A stretch of 64,000 nucleotides of DNA from positions 260,241-324,240 of the forward strand of contig NMRA01000375.1 of NCBI GenBank assembly GCA_002633005.1. Direction: 5' to 3'. This DNA is from Phoronis australis (taxonomy: Eukaryota; Animalia; Phoronida). Below the pieces are notes generated by a model, which saw nothing but the letters and a program-made list of their open reading frames with translations, did no database searches and was not told the DNA's origin. Shown one piece after another: positions 23,301 through 36,138 of the stretch. Made by a program: the position numbers and the translations under genes. Position 1 is the first letter of the stretch. Each line of letters starts with the position of its first letter.

Positions 23301-26300
23301 TTGCATGAGTTTACATCGGTTGTGTAACACCAATAATTCGAAGGTTGAAGGCCAGCGGTAATATTATTGAATTATGGACAGCGCTACAAGTTTTGGTTAA
23401 AAGACGTGAATGTTTTCTTTACATTTGACCTTTAATTTCAATCGTGACGTTAACAAGCTGCATTAGATTGGCTGCTTCCTGGTCAATACAACTCTGTAGT
23501 CATTTTGTAAACGCAGCTATTTTTGACACTCTTCGCCCACAATTGTTTTTTGTTTGTGATACGCAGTACTGCATCTTTTTGCGTTTTTAAAATTCTCCAC
23601 GGTACTCCTATCACGTGCCCATGATGATGGGATAGTGATTGAGTTGTTACACCGCGAAGAGCTCTCACTCCGGGGTTTTTATTTTCATATGATTAACCCT
23701 TGCCGTACAGAAGCAAACTTCACGGTCCAGAATGCCCTAAGCCCACGGACTTCGATGACTATAACTTCATCATAGGGTTACGATTTCCACGAACTTGGAC
23801 AGTGACATCAAACACGGAATAGCCACTGATGAGGCTACAACCAATTCTAGCTTTGCGCATTCCGTTTTTAGGGCATCGGTGACGTTAAAATCAGCGCTAG
23901 TTACATGTATCAGTTCTTCGTTCACGTTGTTCCAAAAATAAATATTTTCTGTCAACAACATATTGAAAAATTATGTATAATAAAACAATTCTGAACGGGA
24001 AGATGTGAATACGTGGTGAAAAGGTATTTGTCTCAACAAGGCATATGTGCGTTAATTTTTTTAAAGCGATTGCGATGTCGAAAAAATGATAGAAAGGTGC
24101 AGAATAACTCTTCTGTGCTCGGCTGTAAGAAGACCTACAACAACTTTTTGAAACTGCGCTCAATTAAAAAAATTCCAGTATGACAGCGCTTCATAAGAAA
24201 TGCCAAGCACACACCGCGTTAAAAGACATCGACGTTGGCATTTGTCTGTTTGTATTCTAATCGGGTGTGCTTCGAATGTACAATTAGCAATCATACTTTT
24301 GCAGTGGTTCATAACAAACAGATTCATTAAACCCGGTAAATATTTTTTCAACTACCTAGTATCTGCATATTAGGCATGCATATTACTTCATACCTCATCA
24401 CAGTAAAACTTGTTATCAATCACACTACAAACAATTATTTTTATCATTGCCACAAGACGTTAACAAAAGTAGTCAGTGTCTGTAACTGTAGTGTCTACAT
24501 TGCTGATCAAGAAATATTGGTCATAATTAATTTTTAGTACACTGATTCATGCCAATGGTTTGAAATTGCGTCCCTTAAGATTTTTGACTTGCATTGGTGA
24601 TCACTAGAATCGATGCAATAAACTTACAGTATACAAGTTGTTTTTTAACCTGTGTCATAGAACTGAAAATTGTGTGCGCTTTCGTTTGCCAGTGTCCTTT
24701 TTGAATCACTGGGTTAGTCATTTTTTACGTTCTACATGAAAACGCAAACTACCTTCTTTAGGATTACATGCTACGAGTTACCCCGAAAACATTATTTTTA
24801 AAGTTTTACGCCTTGGAGTAGACGCGAAACTCTAAGTATTGTGTTCTTACTCCAAAGGGCTCGGCCTTGGTGCGAAGCTGTTTACTAAAATAATATACAA
24901 CTTTGCGCCGTTTTGGGTAAAACTTACCGAATGTAATTTTCGTTGAGTAATCCAAATTACTTACCGGCGTTGCAAAAATTGCTTTTCTACAATTATTCTC
25001 CACCTAAAATTGTGGTGTGATCTTTTGTATCGACTTTCGGCGCAATGAAATATTGCGTCACTTATTAGCCAGTTTCTTTTTCCCAGATTCTTCAATCAAA
25101 CGTTCTCCCTCGAGGTTGCGTAAACGTCACAACAAATGATCAGAATTGGTTTCCTTTCATTATGTGTTTATGGAATTTGATATCTGTAAACCGAATTTTA
25201 GAACAAATTTTGCTGCGATGTTGTCATCATCTAATGGGAGATGTCGAAAAACTTCTGAAAGTGGCGCGTGTCACGAATGTACTACTTTCAAAACGACGAC
25301 ATACATTCTTCGTTACCAATGCAGAGAATTACGCACGAAAATGACGTCGGATATTTTTCGCTTAAACGGCAGTAACGGGCAAGGTGAATGTTAATTGATT
25401 TTGCATGCAACCCCGCCGGTTATTAGCTCATGTTGATGCAAGCTTCACGACGAGGTGATGAGCGTAACTATTCGGGCTGTGTGCAATTTCGATGTATGTC
25501 AGTGCTCACTACACAGTGGCATCTTGTTGTATTTTGACTATAGTCTTCTTAGAGCTAGCTGGCTAGATAGGAAGGTTCGAGCTTCGAAACAATTTTTTAC
25601 TCCGAAAGTGACAACAAATTCAGAATAATGATGGATCGTGGATGAAAATATATGCGATCGCATTCTTCCGTTTTCATGCGCCCATGATCTTAATCTCCGA
25701 GTCAGCGCTATGTTAAAACCATTGTTTATGTTGTTCTTAAAATAAACTTTTGTTATAATGCTGTACTAACATATTAAGAAATTATACAAAAATAAACAAA
25801 AATTATCTGTGGTAAAGCGCATTATACAGCGTGATGAAGTGATGATCAAGAGCAATAACAGATGAGCGCGAATAAGTGCTGTTTGCTAAGCATTCCGCGG
25901 CATGATGACACTTGAGGTCGTAAAACAGCCAGCGTTGTATTCTGAAATTTGGCAATTTTACTGTAAAATTTCAAATTTCTTTCTTGTTTTTATGCATAAT
26001 ATACTGTATAAAAAAGTATTATACTAAGAGACAGAAATTATGCTTCCGCGGTATCACTTAACGTTTGATTTTATCACGCCGTCAGTAATTCAACATAAAA
26101 TTTACGTTGGTGTAATGTCATATATTTGTAGGTTGAGTCGATTTTAACACCTTTCAAAAGTTGAACATAAATTGATAAACCGATGTCAAGACTGGAGTTG
26201 CCGCTGCTGAACGAACAGCGGACTGTTCAATGTTTGTTTGCCAAAATTCACCCGCTAAGTCATAAAATGGTAATTGCCGACCAAGGACATGCTTAATCCG

Positions 26301-27867
26301 AATTGGTCGTCTACGCTAGGCGACCATTTAGCCGACCCAAGTGCCGACCACAGAGGCGACTCAGCAGACGGCTCCTAGCCGACCGTTGTTGGTCAGCTGC
26401 TGGTCGGCTAGACGACCGGTCGACGGCCGGTCGTCGACCAATTTCCGACTGGTCGGCCAAAAATTCGTGATGTGTGCTGTAAAGGATTCATCTAGAAGTT
26501 TGTATCTAAAGGACTTGGCTGCACCTTTGTCAAATCAATTTATTGAGCCTGGTCCATAAAATGCAGCAAAGAAGAGAGAGCAAAATGCCCTAATGAATAA
26601 ACTTGTTAAGTAGAACATTGATGTTTCCACAGCTGAGCCAAAGTCAACTATAGTCCTCAACCTTCTTGCCAAATGTGTACATCAGTTTGAAAATGGCTGC
26701 CGAAACACAGAGATCAAAAACGTTAACAAGATAATGACATTGTCGTTCATGTCCAAAGAATTTAGCTCCCATATGTATTCTGAAAGGATAAATCTTTTTA
26801 GTATTTCATGCCAAGTGACAAGATGACTGGATAAACTAAACGTGCATACCTGCTTCAGCCACATCAACTTGGGCATCTCCATCTCCAAGGAGATGACCCC
26901 ACCAACATAGTCCAGCACCTTGTGTCGTGACCTGTTGATGACCTCGGCCTGCTCATGTGCTCTATGGTCCATCCACATGATAATATTCCTCTCATCAGAA
27001 CCTGAGTAGCGAAAGGTATACTTTAAAATGATATTAACATAAAGGTGAAACGGCTTATATCTAAAATTTGTAATAGACCAAAAGCCCATCAAAAAGGTTT
27101 AACTTAATTATAGTTTCTAGACAGATGTGTTGTTTTACATGATATTCAAAGAAAATTTAGTGTGATCAAAATCTGACTTCATTAGTCTAAAGAATTTTCT
27201 TCTAACTAAACACCAGATGCTAAGTTTTCCCAAGGACGTAGAGACATAAACCTTGCTCAAAATACAGCTGCAAAAACTCTTGCATGAAAATCAAACACTG
27301 TGCTTGACCCCATTAGACAGAATATTACACAATAGGTGAGACGTACCAGAAGGACTGATTGTCAGTGGCTGTCCAACAGTATCCATGACAACCAGAGAAC
27401 ATGTAGCGTCGAACCCAATTCCTTTAACAAGGGTGTTGTCCACAGTATCACTTACTGCCTAAAAACAAGAACAAGTACTAGAACCAACTGAAAATTCAAT
27501 CACATTATCCTCTTCCCATAACATTATTTCTTCAAGCAAAACTGGATGTGTTGCACTGACCAGTCTTCAATGTTCACGGAAAGCTAGCATTAGGAAATCA
27601 GAAAATAAAACATGAGCATTATTTGAAGTGCTCATACTACTCATAGTGCTGCTGTTGTGAATCTTTTAACGCAATACCCGCGCTGATTACCTTGACAACC
27701 AAGCAAACTTTGTTCCATACATCATCCGAAGACTGCTCATAATATCCCAGCTTAGGTTCCCAGATTGTGATTGGCTCAACAGCCGAGGACAACAGCTTTC
27801 CTTTGGCTGAAAACAGTCCAGCACGCACACTGCTTGAACCTACATCCACACCAATGAAGTAAGTCAT
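11305..27867 (-). CDS. FGGY: FGGY carbohydrate kinase domain-containing protein (D-ribulokinase-like), 13 coding exons, about 543 aa
   Basis: Exons in transcript order: 27867-27691, 27458-27347, 27001-26850, 22277-22192, 21828-21701, 21073-20948 (duplicate 20628-20503), 18947-18748 (alternative 19680-19469), 16318-16257, 15838-15685, 14527-14453, 13074-12954, 12057-11898, 11383-11305. Total 1632 nt in frame. Motifs: [101 protein letters not shown]. Confidence 0.96.
11898..12057 (-). CDS. FGGY: FGGY coding exon 12
   Basis: [27 protein letters not shown]...[19 protein letters not shown]. Confidence 0.93.
12954..13074 (-). CDS. FGGY: FGGY coding exon 11
   Basis: [40 protein letters not shown]. 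Confidence 0.93.
13200..13370 (-). mobile_element. Possible tRNA-derived SINE fragment
   Basis: Minus strand reads gtggcatagg...GGTTCGAGTCCcactgggg (B-box-like); no full cloverleaf seen. Confidence 0.4.
14453..14527 (-). CDS. FGGY: FGGY coding exon 10
   Basis: [25 protein letters not shown]. Confidence 0.9.
15685..15838 (-). CDS. FGGY: FGGY coding exon 9
   Basis: [12 protein letters not shown]...[26 protein letters not shown]. Confidence 0.93.
16257..16318 (-). CDS. FGGY: FGGY coding exon 8
   Basis: [20 protein letters not shown]; ttctag / gtgagt. Confidence 0.88.
16551..16652. repeat. 15-bp perfect minisatellite GTAATTGTTACCCTA, about 6.8 copies
   Basis: Direct reading. Confidence 0.95.
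18305..18665. mobile_element. Possible degraded TTAA-flanked MITE
   Basis: Left ttaag..ttccgtcaaagaaac; right-end reverse complement ttaaag..ttccgtcacaaagaac. Confidence 0.35.
18748..18947 (-). CDS. FGGY: FGGY exon 7b (canonical-looking)
   Basis: ttctag|gtgtgc...aaactg|gtaagg; 200 nt, phase 1 to 0; [12 protein letters not shown]...[30 protein letters not shown]. Confidence 0.92.
19469..19680 (-). CDS. FGGY: FGGY exon 7a: divergent paralog of exon 7 (candidate mutually exclusive exon)
   Basis: ttgtag|gtgttc...aaactg|gtaaat; 212 nt, phase 1 to 0, no stops; [70 protein letters not shown]. Confidence 0.6.
20503..20628 (-). CDS. FGGY: FGGY coding exon 6 (identical copy A, across the n at 20845)
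   Basis: Identical to 20948-21073; 445-bp duplication. Confidence 0.75.
20948..21073 (-). CDS. FGGY: FGGY coding exon 6 (copy B)
   Basis: [42 protein letters not shown]. Confidence 0.85.
21701..21828 (-). CDS. FGGY: FGGY coding exon 5
   Basis: [42 protein letters not shown]. Confidence 0.92.
22192..22277 (-). CDS. FGGY: FGGY coding exon 4
   Basis: [28 protein letters not shown]. Confidence 0.92.
22989..26479. mobile_element. Non-autonomous DNA transposon, 3.5 kb, in FGGY intron 3
   Basis: TIRs of about 67 bp (CAGCACACATCACGAATTTTTGGCCGACC...), TA on both flanks (22987-88, 26480-81), subterminal GCCGACC/GGTCGGC arrays, no long ORF. Confidence 0.85.
26850..27001 (-). CDS. FGGY: FGGY coding exon 3
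   Basis: [15 protein letters not shown]...[12 protein letters not shown]. Confidence 0.93.
27347..27458 (-). CDS. FGGY: FGGY coding exon 2
   Basis: [37 protein letters not shown]. Confidence 0.92.
27691..27867 (-). CDS. FGGY: FGGY coding exon 1
   Basis: [19 protein letters not shown]...[17 protein letters not shown]; acceptor ttccag just upstream of the ATG, donor gtaatc. Confidence 0.93.
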
Positions 27868-29379
27868 TCTGGAAGACACGAGAAGTCATTTATAGTCATT
27901 TATAAGTACTTTTTGTACAAAGTGCAAACCTTTAGCTTTATATTGTTCATTTCCTCTTTCTGGCAAACATACAAGATAAAAAGACGTTAATAGCAATAAC
28001 AAACTGTCAGTTCTTTCCCAGCTGCAAATAATTTGAGCGAGGAATTGCCGGGTTGAGGTCATACCATAAGCGATCTTATCTAAAACTATTTTTGATGGAA
28101 AGTGGTTTAAAGCTTCTTTCAGTCTTCTAGACGTCAGACGGCATGTTTGCAAAGAAAAGATGTGTGGAACCTCAAAAAAAGGCAAATCATTACATGATCG
28201 AAGTGGCTACAAAATAAATCAACTTTCTGTCAAAGAAACTAACTTTTGATTTATACCTAAACCCTGTCTATGAAATTGCTCTCAAGACGTTCTTTACTCA
28301 GATGAGAAGTGGTATCCAGGATTGAGAAAAACCAACAAACCATTATTGCTTGAGACCAGGCTCAGCGCATAAAATTAACCACCGTGACAAAGCAATAAGT
28401 TGAGAACGGTCTGAAGCAATGATGAACAAAATGTCACTTATTTCCAAGCCTGCATTTCCTCTGAGAAATAAAGAAGTTGAGTAAGAATCAAGTTGAGAAC
28501 AATTTTAAAATTAGTGAGGGTTTAAATCATATTTTTCTTTGAAATACTGCAGGTTTATAGCAAGTAGTTACTAACTTAAGGCGTGTATACCGTGTTTATA
28601 CTTGTAGATCGAATCATCGAGATAAAAAACTCGGCCACTACCTTATACTGAACAAAACAAGATGTAAACTTTGAGCGTATAATTAGCATCTTAATGACAG
28701 TACGCAACATGTAGCCCCTTGGCTAGCTGGTGAGAGGTCAACACACTCCATCAGTCTCTGTATTAATCTCATCCCCATGTATTTAAAATGGGCAGTAGTC
28801 CAAATCTGGTATGAACAAAGATAAGAGGTTTTTACCTCACCAAAAATATATTTTATAATTGAAATTGTCACATAAAAAGCGCTTACTTTCTTCAGAGATG
28901 GTTATTTGCATATCATCAATGAAGTTTGTCTATGGAAATAAGATGAGTTTGGTAAAGAATTACAACTTCATTTTTTGGTCGCCGTTAAATTTTTCATCCC
29001 GTGCGACAACCACAAAGTATTTCAACTGACCTCATACGAGTTAGGACACAACAAGAGACTGAGCTGAGAGTGGGAGACCTGGCAGCTGACGCTTGCAAAA
29101 AAACAACATGAGAGAATATATCCTGAGGAATTTGTAAGATATGTGTCTCTAATTGAAAGGTCTTTTTGTTTATGAATTAACGTGATTTTGCGTGACTTCC
29201 TTAAACAGCACCCACTGAGTCATGACACGCGTTAATTATAACTCGCTGATTAGTTGCACGCTTCATTTCATGTTATTTGCTATTCTTTGAAATGAGTAAT
29301 TTTTATGGGTATGCTATGGCCTGTGGACGCCTGAATAGGCTTTCAGAGGTGTGATATAGTCAAATAAAGTCTCTTCAAA

Positions 29380-30070
29380 TCGCTACAGGTGGTATGACGT
29401 CATATCCCCTGGCATGCGCACTGTTAAAAATGGGGAACTACCGATTTCGGGAACTGAATGAGAAACTGCTCACAGAAAAAGTTTGATAACGGAAGTATCT
29501 GTTTAGAGTTGGAACCTGTATTAAATACATTGACGGCTTCCCAAGCCAGGTGTCCCTCTATGCGCAAAAGGTATTTATAACAATGTAGCATTGATGTTTC
29601 AGTCAGTGAGTGGCATAATTCGCCAAAAATCTTCCAGCGTATGAAGCGCCTATAGGAGCTACACAGTCTCTACTGCGGAGCCAGTAGAAACTGTGGAGTG
29701 TGGTCACTGTTTACCAGGTAGGCTAGTAGGCTACCGCAACCCGTCTGCGTGAGCGACTGTGACTGCGAGAATGACATGAGGTCAAGGAACGGAGCCAAAG
29801 CACCTGTCGTTCGATAATCACAGCAGTGCAGGAATCACTTAGTTCTAATGACAACACTATTTTTCAGAATAAAAGTTACAAGTAGCAAGTTGCAGGGGAT
29901 ACTCACGCAGGGAGCTGGGAGCTTGGAGCTGTGACCCGATGAACATAACGCTATCTGGTGGTCATTTTAAGAACAATGTTATCCAAAACCGAGGCTTGTT
30001 CCGGTAGCCATATTTGCTTCAGAAACCCGAAAGGCGTATTTTTGGATTTATATTGTTTTTGTAAAAGGTA
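29380..30070. promoter_or_regulatory. Candidate FGGY promoter and 5'UTR exon, possibly bidirectional
   Basis: Minus-strand donor gtgagt below 29907 fits the acceptor before the FGGY ATG; CTCF-like CCACCAGATAGCGT (29948-29961, minus), ETS-like TTCCGG and YY1-like GCCATATT near 30000-30013, CRE TGACGTCA 29395-29402, NRF1-like GCATGCGCA 29412-29420; plus-strand donor aaag|gtaatt near 30067. Confidence 0.45.
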
Positions 30071-33000
30071 ATTGTGTAAACGGCGGTTAAAAGCCATAGC
30101 TCATTAGGTTGCGGATGAGATTTTTATTGAGAGGATGATTAATATAGAAATTTCTTTATTTGAGGGCCCATCTTCAACTGCTTTTCGTTACTAGGTGAAT
30201 TCTAACTTGACAATCAACTACATTGAATTAACCAACTAGGCTACTGAACTAGTAGTACTAACCAGCCAGCTAGTTGAAGCCTATCGTCAAACTATAGCTA
30301 GGTACCACTGTGTGTTGAGCTCTGTTAGATACGGAAATTTCACTCAGCCCGAGTAGGTTCTGCACGTCACCTCAATGACTGTGAAACTTACTTCATCATG
30401 TTTAGCTAACGATGGGTGGGGTAGCCTTGGGCTTGGTGCAAAGGTGTATACTAAAATCTAAATATACAAATTTACGGCCGTCACCTTGCATGTTGCTGCC
30501 ATTTAAGTGAAAAACAATCTAATAAATGTCATTTTCTTGCATAATTCTCTGCCTTTTGTAACAAAAGAAAATTCTGCCATCGTTTTGAAATCAGTACACT
30601 CGTGACAGGTGCCATTTCCTAAAATTTTGGGACATCTCTTGGGAGATGATGACAGCTTCGCAGCAGCAAAATCTTTTTCTGAGATTGGGTTTGGTGGTAT
30701 TGCAATACTAAAAACTTGTAAGGAAATGAAACCAGTAACAATAATTTGTTGTGACATGTATGCAACCTCGTGGAAGAGAAGAACAGTTGATTCGAGAATT
30801 ATGCAATAATTCGTGGTGATGAAAGCCGGCACAAAAGATCGCGGCAGAATAACGCTAGAATGCCAATTTTTCCAACACCGGTAAATAACTTAGTTTACTT
30901 TAGAATGTACTAGGTGTAGTTTTTAATGACACTAATTTTGTGTCAGATTTTATTTGGTCAGTTTTGTATCCACATCGGTGCAAAGCTGTTTATTTAGTAT
31001 ACAGCTTTGCACCAAAGCTAATCAACTAAGTGCAAAGGTGCATAAATAAAAGGGTTTGGCTCAATTTTTGGTCATAAATGAACAAAATAAAAGCTGACAA
31101 ATAAGTGTCATTAAAGACATAACCTCACTTGGCATTGTCGTTGGTTTGGTATCAAGTCCAAAAACAATCTGGAATCTGCTGGAGTTTAGTTTGTTATTCT
31201 TCAGTTAAGTCTGTGGCCTGATCATTTATGTTAACCTTGAAAGCCATGTAGAGTACTAGTTAGTGTCTGTGTTCTATTTTCACTGATTAATCAAAAATAT
31301 TCAACCAAGACAAGTGTTGTTAAGCAGAATTCATAGTAAATTATGAATACTGCCATCTTCAGAGAAATATTTGCATTTCCTTGGCAGTTATGAGTATTCT
31401 GTTACCAGCGAACTGAAGTTCTGAACTTGTTTGGCTTAGCTGTCACCATCTGCCAAAAGATGACACTTTACGAAAACAAAAATCACGCAAATGACACACG
31501 TGTACATGTGGCCCATTTTAAAATTGACATCTGACTTTTCTTCATTGCAATAGCGCCAGTGGGATAGTTGAAGTAAATGACCTGAGGTTGCTTTAATTCT
31601 CTGTAACAGACATGGTATGACAATTCTCCACTTAATAAGCACACTCAGTCATAGAGTGATAGATGATAGTTCCCACCGGTGGTGGCTGGTATTAGACAAA
31701 TTTGTCAACCAAAAAATTTTTGACGAAATTTGCAATGCTAAACCTTCACTGTTGTTCCCTGATATACCTGAATGAAAGAATCATCTGCTTTTATTAAGTA
31801 AGGTGATCTTCAAAACTGTAGTCTCAAATTAAAGAAATCATTAAATCTACAATAAGTTATCCTATTTTAGTAAATGCCATTTATTGCCCCTTGACTCCAT
31901 GTTTTAAGCAAATAGATTATGTGAGTCAATCTATTTCATAGAGAAAAGTACTCACATTTGCTTCATTGGACATTATAGCTAGTATTTTGTTTTTGAAATT
32001 ATATTTTTTTGTCATATTGTGTCCCAAGAAGTTTTTACTAGTGCCTGTAGCTGTGTGTATGAATTAGTGTCAGGAAAAATAATGTGTTTAGGCATACGAT
32101 TGTTCCTCTTGACTTCTGCTTGACCCAGACCCATTCATTGTAAGGTCGTAGCCTCTCTTATCTTGTTGGCTCGTCGGTTGTTTCTCATTTCCAAGATGAA
32201 GCCACTCGTTGTATATTCGAACCCTAACTTACAAGTTCATCTCCCATTTGAAATGGTTCCCCCTTGGAAAGATGTCACTGAAAGTTGTCAAAAATGCTTA
32301 CTGTACTTCAAATTTCTATTAATAATAATTAAAAAGGGGTATTGTGATATGGTAAAACTGGTACCATGAAGGACATTTTACTTGTCTCCTGAGCACAGAA
32401 ATAATAGATACTGCGAGTTGGCATTCTAAGTTACACAATCATGATAATTCCAGGACCAAGAGTACCTTTGCTTCAGTAGGTTAGACTACCACTAAGTTGA
32501 TTTATTCCAGTTTGAATTTTCAACTTCGGCTTCCCTTTTGTAATTACGGTATTACTGCATGGGCATTTTAAAGACCTGAGCATAATATATTGTGCAGTGT
32601 TTGTGGTAAAAATTCTCCAGTTTGGGTCAGTCTCTTGAATTTGAGATAACTCATAAAATTTGAGTATTTTTATTTTGGAATTTGAGGTGAGAATGATTTT
32701 GGCATTCATTATGTTTCTCAAATTTCGGACAACATGATTTCAGTCTACAGAGTGGGTAATTTTGATGTGATTTTTGAATTTCGGACAGCTAATACTGCCT
32801 ATTTTTAGAATTTGGTACAAGCTCCAACCTTGAAGGAAACAATTTACACTGTCTCAAAGTGGAAAATTTTCAGCGTAGTGTTTTTTAGACAATTTGGCAG
32901 TTAGTGTTATGTTTGAGTGATGAATTCCTGTAGGATCTCCATCAGGGCTTTCCTTTGAAGGCTTTTGTCAATACATCCCAAGATTTTTCGGTTGTGTCCT

Positions 33001-33467
33001 ATCATTTTCTCTGGGGATTGCAGGGCTCAACATTAACGATAGTCCGACTGCCCAGGACAACCAATTTGTTGGTCTGGACAAGCTCATGGCCGAGCAGCTT
33101 GTCCGATAGGACAAGTTAATGAATTTTTGGAAACTATAGTAAATATGAACGATCAGAACTTCTTTGTAGGAGTGATAACTCACTTGTTTAGCCATCAGTG
33201 TCGGTAATATGCGGCGCAAATCGGCAAGGTGTTGTTTAAATTATGCAGGAGCTCATGACTGGGCGCGATCCGAGGCACTAGCATTCGAATAGTTCTAACC
33301 AAAGCGACATGTTCTCATTTAAATACCTGGCAGTATCTCATGTAATCTTGCAAAGTTTTGATATTAGTTAGGTCTTAGCGTAGTTCCGAGCGTTTTGAAA
33401 GCTCGCCAGGTTCCCGATGATTCGTCCCATTCGGAGGGCGCCTCAAACCAGTTTGCTCAATGTATTA

Positions 33468-35640
33468 CCATACTCATCCGGGTTATGACCAATGCTCGGC
33501 ATACCGCCCACCCCCGAAAATTTCAATTTTTTATTTTTAAGCGCCCACTTGCTTACCTTTCTGTGACAGTCGATCAGTTTTAGCTTAACCGGGACCTTGC
33601 CTTAGTATGGCGGTAAAATACCCGTTATCTCATGCACTTTACTGAAGGAGACACAATTGTTTCCTTTAGCTCACGCGTGGAACTCATGTCGGCATGTACT
33701 GGTCACTGAGACAGGGCTTGTCGAATGTATTTCATTTGCTGTACTTGACAGGGATATCACGACCGTGGTCAACCTTTCTGTGATTCCCGTGACAGTACAC
33801 GAAACATTGAAATAAGAAAAGACATGGTCCATTGTGACAAGCCAACTTGTGTCGCTGTTCCTGTCTTGGTTCATGTTTTTAATGACTTTCACTCCTGACA
33901 CCAAAATGGAATAGGCAAAAACGCAAAAATCAACTGGTCATTAGGGTAAGTCGAATATTCTGTCCACCTTCGACGTGGTCAAAAACTTATTTTTTTATTT
34001 TTTGAACTTTTCATTTGCCTGATGAATTTTTACATGATGTGTTTTTTGCTACATTATTTTGGCAGATGATCCAATATCCCCATTGCCTAATAGTAGCATC
34101 TTCGATTGTTGAGCACTACTCGGAACAACAGTGGTGTTGTCTTTGAACTCAAAAAAGAAATATACAATGCATATAAAATGTTACATCGTTCAATAAGAAG
34201 ACATGTCAATCATTAGCATGTGTTTGGTTGCCTAGGTAAGTTCAAAGTATTCAGTAAGAGGACCTGTCAAGCATTATTTATTTATTTATTTAAAGTATGG
34301 AAATAATTACATGAAGTACCAAATACAGACAGCTATGTACAATTAGATTGAAAAGATAATAAATAAAATAAATTAGTATAAAATTAGTTAATATGTACAA
34401 TTTGATGAATAAATAACATAAAATAGAGTAAAATAGTGATTAGCTGAGGCCTACAGTAATGAACCACGCACAAAGTCCCAGTACTTCTGTTTGAAGACGT
34501 GGACATTGGGTGTGTTCGCGAAGGCAATCCCCAGCCCGTTGTAAGGGACAGCACCTCTGTAGTTGTTTTTAGGTTTAATTGTTACCAGGCAGCCAGAAAC
34601 ACTCGCTCTAGTATTGTAATTATGAGAATCTTTGACTGCCTTGAATTTAGTAGTAAGGGTAATTAGGTGTGAGGCTATGTGTGGCTTTGTATACCATAAA
34701 GTTTAAATGAAAGGCACGCCTGCTAACTAGGCTGCACCAACCAAGTTTATCTAGGAGTTCAGAAATACGAAAGTCATTATAAAGGCCACTATAGTTGAGT
34801 ATCAGCCTCCCAGCCTTATTTTGTAATTTTTGAAGTCTATCCTAAAGATATGGTGTATAATTACCCCACATAACATCACAGTAATCAAAGTGTGGTGCAA
34901 TTAGATTCCTGTACAGAGTCCGAAGAGTAGCCTGATCAACATAACTCCTGACTGTACAAAAGCCCAATCCGCTGAGAAACTTTTTTGCACACATAATCTA
35001 CATGTTCGTCCCATGATAAGTTATTATCAATCATAACACCCAGATATTTATATTTCTCAGCTCTTGCCAGCTGGGTGCCGTTAATAGTAATGGAAATATT
35101 GCTTGGAGACAACACAGTCAGCCTCTGTCTGCTACCAATAGTCATAACCTTGGTTTTATCAACATTAGCATGTGCTTGGTTGCCTAAGTGTCCAGCGGGA
35201 ATCAAATCGTTATAAAATCAAGTACTTCCCTTAAAAATACATCGCGAACTAGCGTAGGCTTGTTTGATCCGTCTTTTTCTCAAGATACTTGCCCACTGAA
35301 CGCACGCCTATCTGTAGGAATACCTTAGTTCTAAGAGATGACCAGCAGCGACCGAGGTACGTAAAAACCTAATCGCACTCATGATCACGACGCCACTTTA
35401 TCATATGCGCAGGCCATCGAAGTCTGTCACTTCAATCCCCCTACATATATTTTAAGTAATATGCTTGATGTCCGATGTCAGTGTAGCTCCGTCAGGGTAA
35501 AATCGTTCCTTCGGGTAGTACGCAACAACTCCTGACTTTTCAAAAATTTTGATTTTAAGCACCCATGCTCGGCTTACCGCTCACCCTGTTTTTTAGATTC
35601 CCGATTTAAGCGCCCTAGGTGGTAACGCAGACGAGTACGG
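33468..35640 (-). mobile_element. TA-flanked MITE (Tc1/mariner-pogo/Tc2-like ends) nested in the hAT element
   Basis: ta|CCATACTCATCCGGGTTA ... TAACGCAGACGAGTACGG|ta; subterminal TTTAAGCGCCC motifs shared with the 36569 family. Confidence 0.7.
34273..35162 (-). mobile_element. 5'-truncated LINE (CR1/L2-like RT C-terminus plus 3' tail)
   Basis: NVDKTKVMTIGSRQRL...KYKYLGVMIDNNLSWDEHVDYVCKKVSQRIGLL, followed by disrupted LIAPHFDYCDVMWG-type sequence; (TAAA)n tail on the element strand near 34273-34290. Confidence 0.85.
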
Positions 35641-35952
35641 TAAGTCTTAATTTCAGTCATTTGCTCGTCAACACATTTTGACACTTGATCGTTATAATTT
35701 ATGATTTACGTTTAAGAATCGCATGTAGTAGCGATAATTCGCTAGCACGTACTTGTAAAACATTACGACATTCGACTGTCTTACGGTCGTGTGTGGAAAC
35801 TGTCGTCTGTGCTGGTATCTGCAGTTGCAATGTCGAAATAGATACTTAGTTTGCATATGGTCTCAAGTCAAGGAGCTCTAATATTGCAACTGGTAACCAA
35901 ACCAAAGGACGTGAAACCACCAAACAACAGTATGAAATCAGTAAACGAAAAC

Positions 35953-36138
35953 AGGAATTCCCTTCTTAAATGGAAGGAAGATTTTGACTGGTTACGGTAT
36001 GATAGCGACCAGAAATAAAATGTGTCCTGTGTGAAAAATACGCCCACGCAAACAGTTCATCTCTTGCCTCTGGGTCAGATGTGTTCAGGATTGAATCCTT
36101 GAAAAGTCATGAACAGTCGACAGCGCACTCAGCAGCTT
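35953..36138 (+). pseudogene. Degraded TTF-type zinc finger of a hAT (ZNF862-like) transposase
   Basis: RNSLLKWKEDFDWLRYD..(stop/frameshift)..CVLCEKY...LASGSDVFRIESLKSHEQSTAH matches the W..F.WL.Y..C..C..G..F...L..HE.S..H pattern. Confidence 0.7.
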
